Assembly (NCBI GenBank): GCA_000708835.1 | Contig: DF236980.1 | Location: 98,890-162,889, forward strand | DNA length: 64,000 nt | Direction: 5' to 3' | Source of the DNA: Klebsormidium nitens | Taxonomy: Eukaryota; Plantae; Klebsormidiophyceae | Shown here: piece after piece, positions 1-14,069 of the stretch | How the letters are laid out: every line of letters begins with the position of its first letter | Position numbering within the stretch: position 1 is the first letter of the stretch | Translations under genes and position numbers: made by a program | The notes under the pieces: model-generated | Database searches by the model: none | Told to the model about the DNA's origin: nothing | The model's input: only the letters and a program-made list of their open reading frames with translations

Positions 1-314
1 GCTGCGGCGTGCTTGGCAGATGCAATGTTAAAGAGATTGTCTGTAGGAGCACCCTCCATCAAATGACCCACCATTTGGGGGGCCGAGGGTGCAGCCTCCT
101 CATCCGGCTGCTCAGTGACAAACAATCTCAGGGAATCAAGACTCTCTAAAAGGTCTGTTGCAATACCCTTTTACAAACCGCGCTAACAGATTGCGAGACG
201 ACGAAACCATCCACTCAAACCTCGATCACGAGATTTATGACAACGTCGTCAATCCACGCGACAGATACACGAAAAATACCGTCCACCGATAACCAAAGCG
301 GATGAGAAGCTCAC

Positions 315-2419
315 GGGGTGGGTGTTGGGGGCCGACCGGAGGCGCCTCCTGGTTGGCCCAGTCATAGGACCGCACGTGCATGTCGCCATATAGCAGCTTG
401 CTCATAACCACCATTCCTGGGTGGTTATGGAGGGGGATGGAGGCGCACGTGGGGAGGCAGAAGATGCCAATCTGGGCAGCAAAAAGAAAGGTTTTTTGAA
501 GACTCGAATTGTCAAGTACCAGGATTGTGGTTTGAAAAAAGTTTCAGGGGTGCTGTAAGATCTGTGCAGTGATTGGGAGCCTGTGTATGCACGACTGCAG
601 GACGCACACATGGGGGCTTCAGAGCTTTCAACGTTGGAAGTGACGAGAGACTGGTACAGGTTCAGTCGCAGAATCGCAGAAAAAGCCCGTGTTTGGTTTG
701 CCTATTCAACAGACGGTTTCTAAAGCAGTATACTTTTCCTTGTCCGCGTCACAGCCTTGGTGTTCGGAACCTCAACCAGCCTCCTATCTCCACGCGCAAC
801 CCTCCACCTCTACAGAGAAGTCCAGCCACTCAACAAAGAACTAGACGCGGGACGCCTCCACTCCGGCCAGGCGCCGCAGCAGTCCAGATGACATCGGTTT
901 GGAATGTTCACAATTGTGAAAGGCACCCAGTCGAGCCTTGGAACCACTGGTAAACTCTTCACACCGATCACAAGCGCCAACGAAGCGTGGACGCAGGGCC
1001 GTCACTCAAGGTGGCCACGTGAGATGATCACAGAATTGCATCTTCCATACCCAATTCCGAACATGAGTACACCAAGCGGATAACAAGAGCAACGAGAGCG
1101 GCCGCACGCTCGCCGAAATGTTTTGATGCTTGTAGATGTGTTGACAGGAGATGGGCACAACATACAGATGACATGGGCAAATACAGATAGCAACAGCAAC
1201 TAGAGCGGCCGCACTCTCACCGAAATGTGTTGATCTTCGTAGATGTGTTGATAGGAGATGGGCGGGGCCCATCGGGGGGGCGCCGCACTGTGGCGGCCCC
1301 AGGGCCCCTGCCGACCAAAAAACCCAAACCCGCGCGTCTCCCCATCAGTTACTGGATCTAGACCTACGTCAGCGCACGTCACTGAGTCTGCAGGAAGAGG
1401 ACGTGGGCTGATGTCAGCGAAACTGGTTTTGGGTGAGAAAACATGTTGGTGGGTAGACGAGGCGATGTCAGCACGAAGCGGGTCGATGACGCAGAACGAG
1501 GTCAGCGGGCTGTGAATTGTGGGCGGAATTATGCCCGTGTGAGTTGCATTGGTGAGAAGAAGGCTCCGGAAGCGAAGAGTAGTGCACGTTAGCACGGGGG
1601 TGGCACTCCAAGGTTTGCCTGCTTGCGGCCACAATATGGCGGCGTCGTTTGCGAGAAGAGTCAGATGTCGCAGTGGCACAAAATACAATCCCCTTCTCTC
1701 CTTTGAGCGGCATCAGTTGAGTTTCATGGTTTCCATATCTCATCGCCCAATTGACCATCAAGCGCTCTCAGACGCAGACGCCTGCTAACACTGCCAAAGT
1801 CTCCAACCTCTCTGCCAATCTCAGAAGCTTCATGATTTCAAAGTGGACACCTCAAAAAGAAGTACCTACCACTCTTCAACACTGATAGGATTGGCCCCCT
1901 ATATGTAGTTTCTCACAAAACGTGCTCTCTTAAAAGAATTTGGGACGACGCGGAAAGCTGCTCTAGGCTGCTTCTGAGGACCTCACAAAATGCGGAGGAC
2001 AGGAGTAAGAAATATGAGATGCATGCACACTTACAAAGCAGGAGGTGGCAGTAACGCGTCTGCAAACCAGCACATAGGCCAGGACTTGAAATGCCAACGC
2101 ACCCACGTAAACTAAGAAAGCTCACAACTCTGACCGTGCAAACCAGCTCCGACTGCTAGTTGCACTAGGAGACCAAACCAGTAAGTAAGCAGACAAGCTG
2201 GCACGGTCCCACTGTAAACCAGTTAAAGCTTCAATCCAGGTTTGAAATGGCCTGGCCAGACTTTGCGCACTGTGCAAGCGTTTCTCTGGTTTCAACGATG
2301 TCCAAAGGGATCTTACCAAGAGCTTCCTGTAACAACTGCAGATTCTCCTTTGAGGCGGGACCCTTGGCGCCAAAGGCTGCCCGGCAAGCGTCATACAGCT
2401 TTTGGACTTTGCTCGCCAT
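315..2419 (-). CDS. PCO: Plant cysteine oxidase / cysteamine dioxygenase-like (PCO_ADO family), 3'-truncated by the window edge
   Basis: Exons 2317-2419 ([16 protein letters not shown]...), 1221-1387 ([10 protein letters not shown]...[18 protein letters not shown]) and 315-471 ([38 protein letters not shown]). All junctions are GT-AG and phase-compatible. HNHPGM is the cupin Fe-binding motif of PCO/ADO. A further exon may start at 40 and run out of the window. Confidence 0.92.
1088..1263 (-). repeat. Direct duplication (~69 bp, offset 107 bp) of the 3' end of PCO exon 2 plus its donor site
   Basis: 1195-1263 agcaactagagcggccgcactctcaccgaaatgtgttgatcttcgtagatgtgttgataggagatgggc versus 1088-1156 agcaacgagagcggccgcacgctcgccgaaatgttttgatgcttgtagatgtgttgacaggagatgggc. 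Confidence 0.9.
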
Positions 2420-3605
2420 ACTTCCCGCCACCGCGGGGTGCTCAATGCCCTGTGAGCATGCAACGGCGCCCTCGTTTCAAAAGGGCGCTGTCACAGAAAG
2501 AAGACCAGAGCACACAGGTATGACTCTGCCAGCTCACAAACAATTGGTCGCCAGTGAAAATATCTGATAACAAATGAGTGCGCCTGATTGTATCTCTGCT
2601 GACGCCCTGCTCAGGGGGTCTAGCAACTTGCAAGTTGCACGCTGCAAAAACCAAGCTTTTCTGAGGCAAGTTGCAACTCTGATATCCTGCATCGTCCAGG
2701 TACACCGGCCGTACAGGTCCGGACTCTGGCTGGTTCTCCGGAGCTAAAATTCATGCGGCTGTACTTCCGGAGTTGCTCCGGATTGGTCAAGCGAGATCTA
2801 CTGATTGTATGAAGATTAGGGGTTGATCCATTTCATGTGTGATATTTTATTAGCTGTACCCATACCTAGTTGAGAGCACGCGTTGAATCGGGCCGCGCTT
2901 GAATGTGGTTGGCAGTACCAACAAACCTAGGGCACGCCGTGATTATATGCACTTAGGTAGGTGCTTGTGGCCTATAGTAGCCCATCAAGTTAAATGATTC
3001 TACGGCAAATCAGAGGGGGCCTGGAAGCGCTCGACAAATTCCTCGGATTTTCTTGAGAATTGCACATGTGTGGCAATGCATTCTACTTTGCATGAAGCGA
3101 GGCGTAATAGTTAAATCTTCGAGCAATATGCTATAGGACTGTTAATTGTTGTAAGGTGCTTGGAGGTGCTCGGCTAGCCATGCATTGATATGTGCTTGCA
3201 GATATTAGCAAATCCTCGTCAACTTTGGCTTTGCTCAAGGAATAACATCCTTAGTCATAGACAGTGAACAGTGCAATTCGGTTCCAAGTTTTGCAGCTGC
3301 TAATGTTGCTTTCTTGCCATCGAGGTATGAAGGAGATGCTCTGCTCAAAAGAGCGTGCATACAGATTTGAGGGCTCAAATTACTCGCCCACATTATTACA
3401 TCGAGCGGTTATCTCGAGTGGCCATCCACCCTCACTACCTGGTCCAGTATCATCCGCCCGTCTATCTTTGTCGAAATAGCAGCTGCCACCCCTCTATTGT
3501 ATCCCAGATATTAGCATATGCAGCTTGCGTTTGCAATTAACATGTCAATCACGAGACAGCCAAGTCAACCCCAGCTAGAAGTAGCAAGCCCAACCAGACA
3601 CTTGA

Positions 3606-6600
3606 CTAACCACGAAAACCGGGCCCGCCCAAACCAGGGCCGAGCGAGGGACCGTTTGACACCGGACTAGTACTCCCATTACCGACGCTTTCATCGGGCC
3701 TCTTGAACATACTTTTGCTGGACACTAATCGCGGGGTAGACAGACTGCTGAGAGCCATGTTGGCGGAAAAGATCGAGGAAGGGGTCATTTCGTTGCCGCC
3801 CAGAGTGACGCCGCTGAATGCTGACGTCACGCCGTCCTCGAGCGGGAGATCTTCCAGCGTGTACGAGGCCTGCTGGAGCACCTTCAAAATCTCTTTGCAC
3901 CGCCGGCGCTTCTGGGCAACCTCCTCGCGCTCTTGCAGAACCTCGTCGAACAAGGTTTCCCTGTAGGAAAGAAGAAGGAAAGTATTGTGGAGCTGTTTAC
4001 ATGCACCAGTCCTAACCATACAGGTTGACACAATGTAATCGACGAAGGAGCGTCGGCGAAGCTGTCTACACGCACCACTTGCATCAAACAATACCTTTCT
4101 ACACTCTTTGGAAAAAGGTACGGCTTTCTCTAGCGTCGATATGTCCATCGTTACCCCAAGAAAGTGGCCAAGCTTTTTGGGACCTAAACACAGAAACACA
4201 CAGACAATCCTTACCGGTATAGCTTCCTGATGAACACGCTGTGCAGCTCCCGCTTCACGTGGTTCACCTGCAAACGAGGGCGGACACACTCCTTAGAAGC
4301 TCCTGAATGCAGTCACTGCAGAACCGGGGGTCAAGCAGAAGCACTCTTTTGAGACGTTTCACTTCCTTCAAAATCGTATGAAATAGTGGCTACGGGCTCA
4401 TCGACAAGTCTGGTGAGAACAGCGGCTGAACTCAAGAGGTCTGCCGCCCCAAGCTATCCGATCTAACGAGCAGTACCACCTGTCCAAAGCTGCATCAGGC
4501 TCCACGAAAGGGGGTTGATGCAGTAAGAAGCAATCAAGCAGCGCTCTCGAAAGAAGCGAGGTGCCTCACCAGGAAGTGCATGATCGCCTTCGGCACTTGG
4601 TCTTGGATGTTCTTGCGGACGATGTCGTAGTACGACTTGAGGAGGACACGTGTCACCGCGATCTCGATCGTCTCCTGCTCGGTGGCCGCATCCGCCGCTC
4701 GGAGAACTTGAGGCGGCTGCAAAAACAAAGTCCGTACTCAGAAGTCGATCGGCGTCTGATAAACGAAGGCGACGGAAAAGAGGACCAAGAGGGAAAGAAG
4801 CTGGAAGCAAGGGGGCCCCAGAAAATAATGAGAGGAGGAGCATGGCAAACGGGAATGTAGATTCATTGTCAAGACCTGGAGATAGATGCGGAATCTCCAG
4901 AAACGGGGTTGAATGGACAAGCTCTGGATTGAGCCATTGGCGTCACCTCTCGGATGGCCGAAACGGCCGACGAGGCGCTAGGGCGATTCGGAACCGCAAA
5001 CGGAAGAAAATTTTGTCTGGCCGTCCTGTCTTGCAAAACGTTCATTCGAAAGATCAGCGCTCTTCCGTTCAATCGACCACAGGGAGAGAAGTGACTGCGA
5101 AACATAACCAGTGAACGCTACTCTGTCAATCTGCTTACCAAGGTCGAAAAAGGACCCTACCTCTTTCAGCCGGACGCTGACGAGCGGCTCGGACCCAATC
5201 ATGGTCTCCGAGAACACCCGCGTGCTCGTGATCTCTCCCCTCGTCCGCTCCGTGTGGAAGATAGACGTGATGCCCCACCCGCCTGCGTTAAGACCGTTGC
5301 TACCTGACAAAGAAACGCGTGGAATCAGCTCAACCGCGCTGGTTGTACTTTTAAAAAGAGTTGCAGAAACGGTGCCTCTCCAAGCAGTTTCCAAGAAACA
5401 ATGCAGCCAGCAACTTCTTTTGGAGAGAAGAATGCCTTTGAAAAGGCGTCCTGCTTTCTTGGCGTCATGTGACCAGAAGTTGCGACTCACTCGACGTAGA
5501 GGCCCTCTCTGCGGACGTGTTGTTTTCGCTTGATCGCCGGCTCTGCAAAATAGACGACAACTCGTGACCACACTGAAAGCCAACACTGAAAACCAAGCCC
5601 AAGCTTGTAGTACAGCGTCTAGTTTTGGCGCCAGTCACCGTGTTGGCAGCAAATATCTCGAAGCTAATTATCCTCAAGGTTTGCGCCGGTTGGAAGGTAG
5701 AAACTTCAAGAGAAGACGTCTGGAACATGAGAAAGAGAGCCCGATAACGCCCGGTGGGCTTACGAAATCGGGCGGAGGAGTTTTGGATCGAGAAAGAATG
5801 CCCCGTGCCTTTGTCCCCTTGTCCGGAACAGCCAGCCTGTCTGCTCCGGAGTCCTTCCATTCCGAAGCTTCCTGCAGATGGAAACCGAGCACGTTGAGGC
5901 GTCGTTCAAGCGAGCTTCTCCAAAACATTGAACGTAACCTTTGAACGATGATGTATTGAGCGAACCTTGTTACGAGCCATCTAAGCACAGAGGGGGAGCA
6001 CAAAAGGACTGTTTAGGGATGGATGGTGACAAAAAACAAACAAGCGGATTCCAAACACAACTGTATTACGAGCTGGTTCAACGCCACTGCAATCACATGG
6101 TCGCTCGAAAAATGAGAACAACTTTCTCAGAGAAATGGAGGAATTGAATTACCTTCGAGCTTCGTCGATCCTGCAGCGCCATCTCCACAGCTTTGCTGCC
6201 TCCCACGAAGCTTGGATGCGATGTGTTGATGTAGTCCATCTGCAGCAGTAAGCACCGGTCAGAGACAACGGAAGCAGGTCATTGCTGGCAAAGAACTCCA
6301 AAGCCGACGAGGAAGAGAGCCAAGCTTCGATAAAGCAGAATAGGATGGTTTGTAGCTTCAGCCTCGGGATGTGGCTTCAACCAATCCGTAAACGAAGGAA
6401 GCATCTTCTGGAGGTTTGCCCTAAAATAAAGCCGCAACTTATACGCGGGATACGCTTTATGCACAGATACTCTGATGTCTACTCTAGTGTGCCATCTGCG
6501 CTCCTTTTCCGCATTCATCGATAAGGGGCTTCAAATAATCAGATTCCTCTGCACCATCCAAAGAGAAGAAAAACAAGTCCTCATCACCTGGTGGAACCTC

Positions 6601-9600
6601 ACTAGGTCTGGAGCCGCACTTGTGATCACAACCAGTAACAAACGAGAAGGACAACGAAAAGGACCGCACAATGACTTACCTCCATCTCGATGAGGTGCCC
6701 AATCATGGTCTCAGCAGGTATGAGTCCCTCTCTCAAAAAGTTTGACACGACGTCATCGACGCGGCGCCGCAGCACTGGGAAGCGCTGGAGCTCCAGGGTT
6801 TCACAGCGGTGCGAGATCTGCCAAAAGCAAGAGTAGGTCGCACTCATGAGCAGCAGAGGCAAGCAAACGCTTAAAAAAGTGGACGTGTTTTAGCTGGACG
6901 GAGGTCGATCTCAATCTCGCTGTGAAAAGCAAACGAGACGATAGTGGTTTGGAATACAGACCATGTAGCCATGATTGTGTGAGTGAAGGTAAACGTTGTG
7001 TGCATGTTTTGGACGTGCCCAGTCCGCAGGTAAAGTCGCAAACGTGCCCGCTCAACAGTGGTGAACTGATGGAGAATGTGGTAACGGCGAAAACATCATG
7101 ATTCTCGACCTATTAAGGGGATGATCCGTGAGCTCGGGGTTGAGCAGACGTAACGACCAGGGGAAGGACGTAGCTAACAATCTAAACCAGAGGGGATGCG
7201 CTATGCAAGCACACCAGCCGAAGCCTGGACCGACCAGATCCACCTGTTCCCCGGGCTTTGACTCTGCTCAAACGCTTTTGTCTGTAGTGTTATGCAGTAA
7301 AACCGTCAGCAAAATAGACTTCAGGGCGAGGAGCTTTACCTTCACAAGCTCCTCATACACAAAGCGCGCACACTGCAGGGACGGCTCCAGCAGGCGAGCA
7401 ATCTGCCTCCGGACGAGCATCTCGAACGGAACCTGGAACGAGACGGCAAAAGAAGCGGACAAGGTTGGTCGGACGCAATCAGCAGTTGGGACACCCATGC
7501 TGGGCACATCGTGAACTACTCCTGCGATTCGTCTATGTTAAGCACGTGCTTACAACGACCCGGTTCTAGGCTGATTGGAGAAGGAAAAATCAGGAGGCGG
7601 AAGCTAGAAAAGGCAATTCAAGGATCATAAGCAACTGACTCAACGTCAATCTGACAACTAAATGAACGTCCCACTCAAAATCTTCGGGTCTTTTGTACTA
7701 ACGTGGCTCAAAAGATAGACAGCCAGGAGGAAGAGCGGTCCGTACCTCTGGCACAAAAAGAACGCTGCGCGGGCCTGTTGCATTCTGAATCGCCGTTCGG
7801 ATGTCCTCATCCGAAAGATCGTCGCAGGGGTCGACATCCTGACAAGCAGCAAAAGGGTCAGGCTACGGTGCATGCTTTGTTGATTCAGGGAGCTGCAAGA
7901 TCTTGATTCTAAGATACCTCGTCGGGTTGGAAGAGGGCAGCGTTTTAGCAACAAGGCCCGTCACGATTCTTGACTTCCAAGCTATCATTCTTAGCATCGA
8001 GAAATTGTTGGAAGAAGCGGCTCCAGACAAACCACAACGGGGTGTTGGTACGTTGACATAGCAAACGAGCACGGGATTGCAATTGCATGGGGATACCAGA
8101 TGGATAAGTGAGGCCGACTATCAACGCCTCCTCTAATTACGGACGCAACTCGATGCAACACTATCAAAACTCACACAAGACATGTCGGTACAGGATCCTC
8201 CGTTCTAAAATGTTAGACGCCCTTCGCCAGTCTCCCAGACAAAGAGACTCGCAGAAAGGCTCACCTCAAGACTCTTCACGAAGATCGCCTGGAATATATA
8301 ATGGATGCGGGCCCCTCCAGATAACTCGTGAGTTGACATGTTCTCGTTTTTGCCATCCACAGTCTCTCCGAATGCTGCAAAAGACGAACATGATGTCAAA
8401 ATCGCAGAGCCGTATTATCAGCACATCGTCTTCCTTCCACGCTTTGAAAGGGAGCTCTTCTTGCAAGTGAATAAACAATTGTGAATCATCCGACTCTGTC
8501 AACCAGAAAACAGAAAGGAGCCGGCGAAACTTACACTTCGAGTACCGTGTGAGAATGTTGAGAAGAAGCGCGCCTTGGCCAGACTGCAGGCAACATGATC
8601 AGGAAAGTTAAGAGTAACTTCGGGAGGTTATCTCGCTTAGAAGCTTGTGGCATTGCATCCCTTGGACTCGTTTGTCTTTGTCAAGCAAAGGACGGATAGA
8701 AACAGCCACTGCTTCTCAGGCACGACTCAAGCAGCAACAAGATGAGGTTCTGTGCACCTACCTTGGACTCGGTGACCTCCCCGTACCCAACCAGTTCCTT
8801 CTGAAGCGTAACAATCTGGGCGTTGATGCGTGCCCGAAGATCCGGTAGGATCGACTGAATGTGCTTGACAAGTATCTGCGAGGTTCAACCAGAGCAGGTC
8901 AACGACCTCCTCCACAACTGAAAAGCCTTCGCTTTTTTCAAGGAAACAACTCTGAGCTTGAACTGAAACACATTGAAAGCCTTGATGTTCTCGACAGGCA
9001 GGAGATAAAGATGAGAAGTCGGTCAAGCAAAGCGATGTCGAACAATTTAACAAGGTTGCGCGGAGACATACCGCGTTCAGCTTGAGTGCGAGTTGCTGGA
9101 TTCCGCAGCGGTCGGCGAGACTATGGTACACCTGCACAAGGACAAGGCATCAGACCCTGTGTCTAACGAAGATATCGGGATTGAAGCAGCGACGAGAGAG
9201 CACAACCTGGCTGCCAAAATCGTACCTACCAGAACGAAGGAGGTCTGAACAGGAACAAACTATGCAAACCTTTCCGAATCCTCAATCCAGAAATACCTCA
9301 CCGGTCGGCTCCTGAAAAACTGCTCTTCATAAGACACGGCATCACGGATGCTCTTGTTAGAGTTGATGTCCTGCAAACGAAGATACCATACATTAAGCCA
9401 TGGTCTTCTAACAATTGAAGCTGTGAGTGGCATCTGCAAGAAACCAGCCAGTCGAAGCCAGCGGTGAAAACGCCAAGAGCTCGTGTGTGAAGAAACTGTT
9501 CTTGTTACCACTTTTGCACACATACGGACCCTTGACCATTTTATATTCTGAAGGCCCGCTATCTTCACTGATAAGCCCAAAACTCGTCATCTATGGTTTT

Positions 9601-11272
9601 AAGAATGTTCAGAAAAACGCACCTCTTGGCTGCGGTTCACGACCCCAATGTATCCAAGCTTCAAAGGCACGACACTCCCCAAAAGGATGTTACGCGCGTC
9701 CGTGCCCCGGTCCATGATATCAAGCTGCACAGGGTGAAGAGGATTGTGGCATCAAACATACAATGACTACAGATGTTTATCACTTGCAGCAATGCGAGGG
9801 CTAACATGCAAAACTATTGGCGCCTGAAGATCAAACACTTCGCAACAACAGAGGCCTGATCTTCCAATGTACGTCCATTCGGCCAGCCTTTGCGCAGATT
9901 GAAGTGCTCTCACCTTTGTAATAACGCCGATCGTCCTGGAACCTGTAAAAGCACGAAGATGCAGTACAAGAATAAGCCTTTGAAAATTGCTGGATGCCTG
10001 ATCGACTGTCACAGTAGCACCCAGGATGCGAAAAATCTTACTCGCAGACCAGACACCACCAGCAATGCGTGTGTGGATTCGCGAAGAATCTCCGGTTCTA
10101 ATAAAAACCATAGAGAAGGCTCACCGTCAGGATCAGCAATCCGCGCTATTTGCAGGGCATCCGAGTTTGACAGATCCGCATTGGCAGGGGAAACGGCCAG
10201 GATCAAGCACGTCGAGTGTTTGATGTAGGACAGGACCATGGTCCGAATGCGGGCCTCAATGTCTGTTGGCTGATCCCCAGTTGGCACTTTCGTGATGCCT
10301 GGCAGGTCTACTAGAGTAATGTTGAGCTGCAAACACAGTAGCATCACCAGTAATCAGCGTCCGCCTAAGCGGTCTGCATGAAGTACTTTTTGGACCTAGG
10401 AAAAGGTGCAACTCTCAAAGCTTCAGCGTCCTCAAAAGCAATGTTGCAGTGAAGTGCTTGGATGCTGCCTTCTGATTCGCCGAAAAGTCTCACCCAAGAA
10501 AAGTGGGTCAACATTCATGATCAATGTTGCTGTCCATAGAGCAGACAAAAGTCTTCTAGGGTTCAGATGGACATACCACGTTTGGTGAAAAGATCTTCAG
10601 CCGAATCTGCTTTTCAGAGATGCCTCTGTTCACGCCACTCTCCCTGTCTGTCTCAGCCTGCATGAAGAAGTGGTGTCCTTAAACTTCCTGGAGATTGCCG
10701 ACATGTGGTCTTCTCGGGCAAAGAATGGGCTCAGGAATCTATTAACGGCACAGTTTCATAACCAGTGCTGTGAGCAATCTTGCAAATATCAGAGTACTAT
10801 TGGATCTTATACTTGCAATAAGGGCCTGCTCAATGCACCGTACCTGTATCTCTTTCCGAATTGCTCCGAAGTCTGTGAATCGTCTGCCAGGGAGATGCAG
10901 AAACTCTCCCCATTCCGCCACATCTCCTGCCCTGTCTGCATGCTCTCTCCGAACAGTCTGTACCAGTTGCAGTACAAGGGGTCGACGGGTACAGATGTCT
11001 TGACCCCTTGGCAAGAAGTCGCGACCAACTAGAGCTTCCAAGACGCTTGATTTCCCGCTGCTCTGACTACCAACGACAGCCACTTGAGGGAGATCAATGC
11101 TGGCAGCACCCGTTCCAAGCTGAGCGAATATGTCCTGAAGTTTGTTGACTAGAGGAATAACGGACTGGCCAAGGAAAGCGATTTGAGGCGCAGCTGGGGA
11201 TGCGACAGAAGCATGAGAAGCTGTGTGTTGAGGAGAGGCGGCCGGCGACTGCGTCACAGCTGGCTGCGCCAT
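3606..11272 (-). CDS. DRP3: Dynamin-related protein 3 (DRP3/Dnm1-type; mitochondrial and peroxisomal fission), 20 exons, ~837 aa
   Basis: GTPase motifs GSQSSGKS, T in DICTRRP, DLPG and TKLD; middle domain ([23 protein letters not shown]); GED ([25 protein letters not shown]). Exons 10844-11272, 10577-10657, 10125-10326, 9914-9942, 9623-9724, 9302-9370, 9072-9131, 8762-8875, 8535-8583, 8265-8374, 7746-7838, 7340-7432, 6680-6817, 6153-6239, 5764-5871, 5491-5542, 5161-5303, 4570-4716, 4215-4267, 3606-3960 sum to 2514 nt in frame. Confidence 0.96.
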
Positions 11273-13178
11273 TTTGCATCCGGTAAGGATGGAAAATTTC
11301 GCTTGTCAGGATGGGCAAAATGCTGATACAGTCAGAGACAAATCAGAATATCCAGCTTGATCCAAAAGACCAGACCACGAAGGCCGTTCCAAGCCAGACG
11401 GCAACTACGCGACAGCCACACTGATATGCTCCAGAATTTCTGTCTGCCACAGGATGGCTCAACTAACGTGCTGTGACAGAACCATGCGAACAGGTGCCCG
11501 AAGGGTGCGACACTCTGGACTCTCGAGAGCTAGGAGCTCATGCAATTTGATCTGCAATGCCAGCGAAGGCGGCGTCCACCACCTCTTTCACGTGACTCAA
11601 TGCGAGCAGTCTAGATGACGGTCTTGGCCTGAGTGAGCGCCGCGGCCCGCCTCATCGACTCTTTCAACGTTGAAATCTTGTAGTGGTTACCGGTACCTAC
11701 TTCTGCCCGGGAGTCTCTGTGCCACAGTTAATCTAACCTGCCCAACCCTGCCTGAACCTCGCTTATCCGTGGGCAAACTGGATAGGTAGGTTTCCAAATT
11801 AACCCGACAGCTGATCAGCAGGAGAAGTGGCCCGGGGAGAACAGGTTGCGTAGCTGAATCTAATCAACGAAAACCTTTCCAAACCTCGGCGGGGCGACGC
11901 GGGGCGGGCCCGCGCGCGATCTGCCATTATATCTCGTTTTGATGCAGCCTTGCAAATTTGCTTTGGCGCCTGTGGGCGCAGCGACCCTGCTGCGTTTGAC
12001 ACGCAACCACGCTATTTCCAGCAACAGCTTTCTGCCTCAACTCTCAAGCACGTGAAGCTCGACATAAGCTCGCTTTGCATAATCAAAATCACAAGTCTAG
12101 AAAATATTTCGTCAAACATTAGGTGGTACAGAAGTGCTGAAGCTTTGCAAGCTTGAACGTACCCCTTGCAACAGAATGGGAGTTCTGACACCAGGTAGAT
12201 TCGACTTCACCATCTAGCATTCAGTAGTCAAAGTCGGGATATGGTGCAAAAGCGAGTGCAGCATGCAAGCGCTCCATCGAAACCTGCAGATACCGTCCCG
12301 GTCGTTAGTTAAAACGAACTCTGCTTCACCATCAACGTTTTTCGGCTCATCAGAGTCGGCAAATTTTTAATCTCATCTTCTGGCGCCCCAAGTAGACAAA
12401 CAACCGAAGCCTGCAACCTGCAGCCAGTTATCCACTCAGAAAGCTCTCGATTGGTGGTGCTTCACACAGCTTTCTACTTTGGCGTTGTTTGAAAGTAGTG
12501 ATTCAATAGTAGAGCAAGGACCAGAAGAACACGGAAAATCTTCGTGAAGATTTTTGGAGCTGGTCAATGTCACAATAGGAATCTCATCTTGTCATATTGC
12601 TTTAAAAACAATTCTCCTGATCAAACAGTTCTAACGTCGTGGTTGCGTGGACCGATATTATGCACCTACATGAAGAACTCGTGAGATACGGCGAGGTGGA
12701 ACTATGTAAGATCTGGGAGCCGGGACTTCATGGTTTTTGCAGTCGAAGATTTTCGCAACGACTAGAGATGGATGACATAGTGTGGGGTACCGAAAATCCT
12801 GTTCTACTATCTCTGAGAAAAGCACACTTTCAAAATGCGATGCGACTGCAAACCTCATCGATACGACTACTGCTGCCTATCACTGCAGCAAAGCAGATAC
12901 TGTAAGGCCTGCTGGGGCTATCTGTAACTCTTACAAATGTTATGTTCGACCAATTCTATCATTGCTGGGCTAGTAAGCGACTTTCCAATGCCAACACCTT
13001 TCCGATACCTGACTGTGTATGAACAATCCTGCTGGCAAGCAAGATGCAAGAACCAACTTATTAAGGAACAAGGGAGCATTCTTTCAAAGTTTGTTAAAAG
13101 TCTTTCAACAGATGAGCATTGGAACCAGTGCTGTGAAATATCATCTTAATTTTCATTCGCTCGTTGCATTCCTTACAG

Positions 13179-13705
13179 CGAAGGAGAACGCCAAGAGGAG
13201 GAAAGCTGAGGCAAGGAAAAGGAGGGTGGCGAACTACCTCAACAGCTTCAATTGCTGGTATGCAGACATGGACAAGGCCTCGTGTTGATTTTTGCACCTG
13301 ACATCAGAGAAAACACAGACGTCACTCTCGTTTTGTCAAAGTTTCTGATTGCGTTGCTTTTAGGTGAACGTGTCCCTTTGGTCACGTGTGTATCTCCGCT
13401 AATGTTGAGCATGTAACTCTATGCAGGAACGGGTGCCTCGGCAGAAAGCTCAAAGAGGAAAAAGAAAACGGAGATATGGTGTACCACGAGTTGCAATCAT
13501 TGAAAGCATGTGCAAATCAGGTCTTCCTAACACTGATTGTGAGAGTTCACTAAGTCGCATTCAGAAAAAGAAAGCTTGAAGTTGCAGGATAGGATATCCA
13601 ACAGCTTGTTAAAGGACACGAAATTTTTAAACAGCTCGTCAGGGCCCGCTACTCAAGGCGAAGGCGTTTCTGTATAAGCATCATTGACGGGGAGATTGTC
13701 CCGAG
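13179..13705 (+). CDS. Putative small spliced coding segments of unknown function
   Basis: cttacag|13179-13257|gtatgc and atgcag|13427-13520|gt splice in phase to give ...KENAKRRKAEARKRRVANYLNSFNCWNGCLGRKLKEEKENGDMVYHELQSLKACANQ. A possible third exon at 13593-13705 reads DIQQLVKGHEIFKQLVRARY... No family recognised; start and stop not found. Confidence 0.3.
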
Positions 13706-14069
13706 GTTTGGAGGTTGCTCTTGCTCCTTTTCCAGTATCTGTGGTGTTAGGGTCTAAGAAGCCTCGTTTGATCAGTTCATCACACGACTGATTTGGCACA
13801 AGGAGAACGCAGGGATGAAAGGGACTTCGAATGATCTAATAGTGGATGGCATACTGGAAGTTACTCGGGCAGCTTCCGAGGCCTTTGCATGCGTGCCAAG
13901 CAAGCTGCCTTTATTGCGTCAAGCATATCAGTCCCTGCGCTCCCAGGAGTCTGGTCTACTATAGTCTACTCGAGACACGGTGAAAACTTCAACTGGAAGA
14001 AGAGGTCCGGCATATCCTCCGTCATATGCCAGAGATCTCAAGCAGTCGGCTTCCGCAATCACGTGGCTG

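Noticed and set aside
12782-12973. Cys-containing ORF faintly resembling a ZZ/DC1 zinc finger
   Set aside because: Ligand spacing is incomplete and split across frames; insufficient support.
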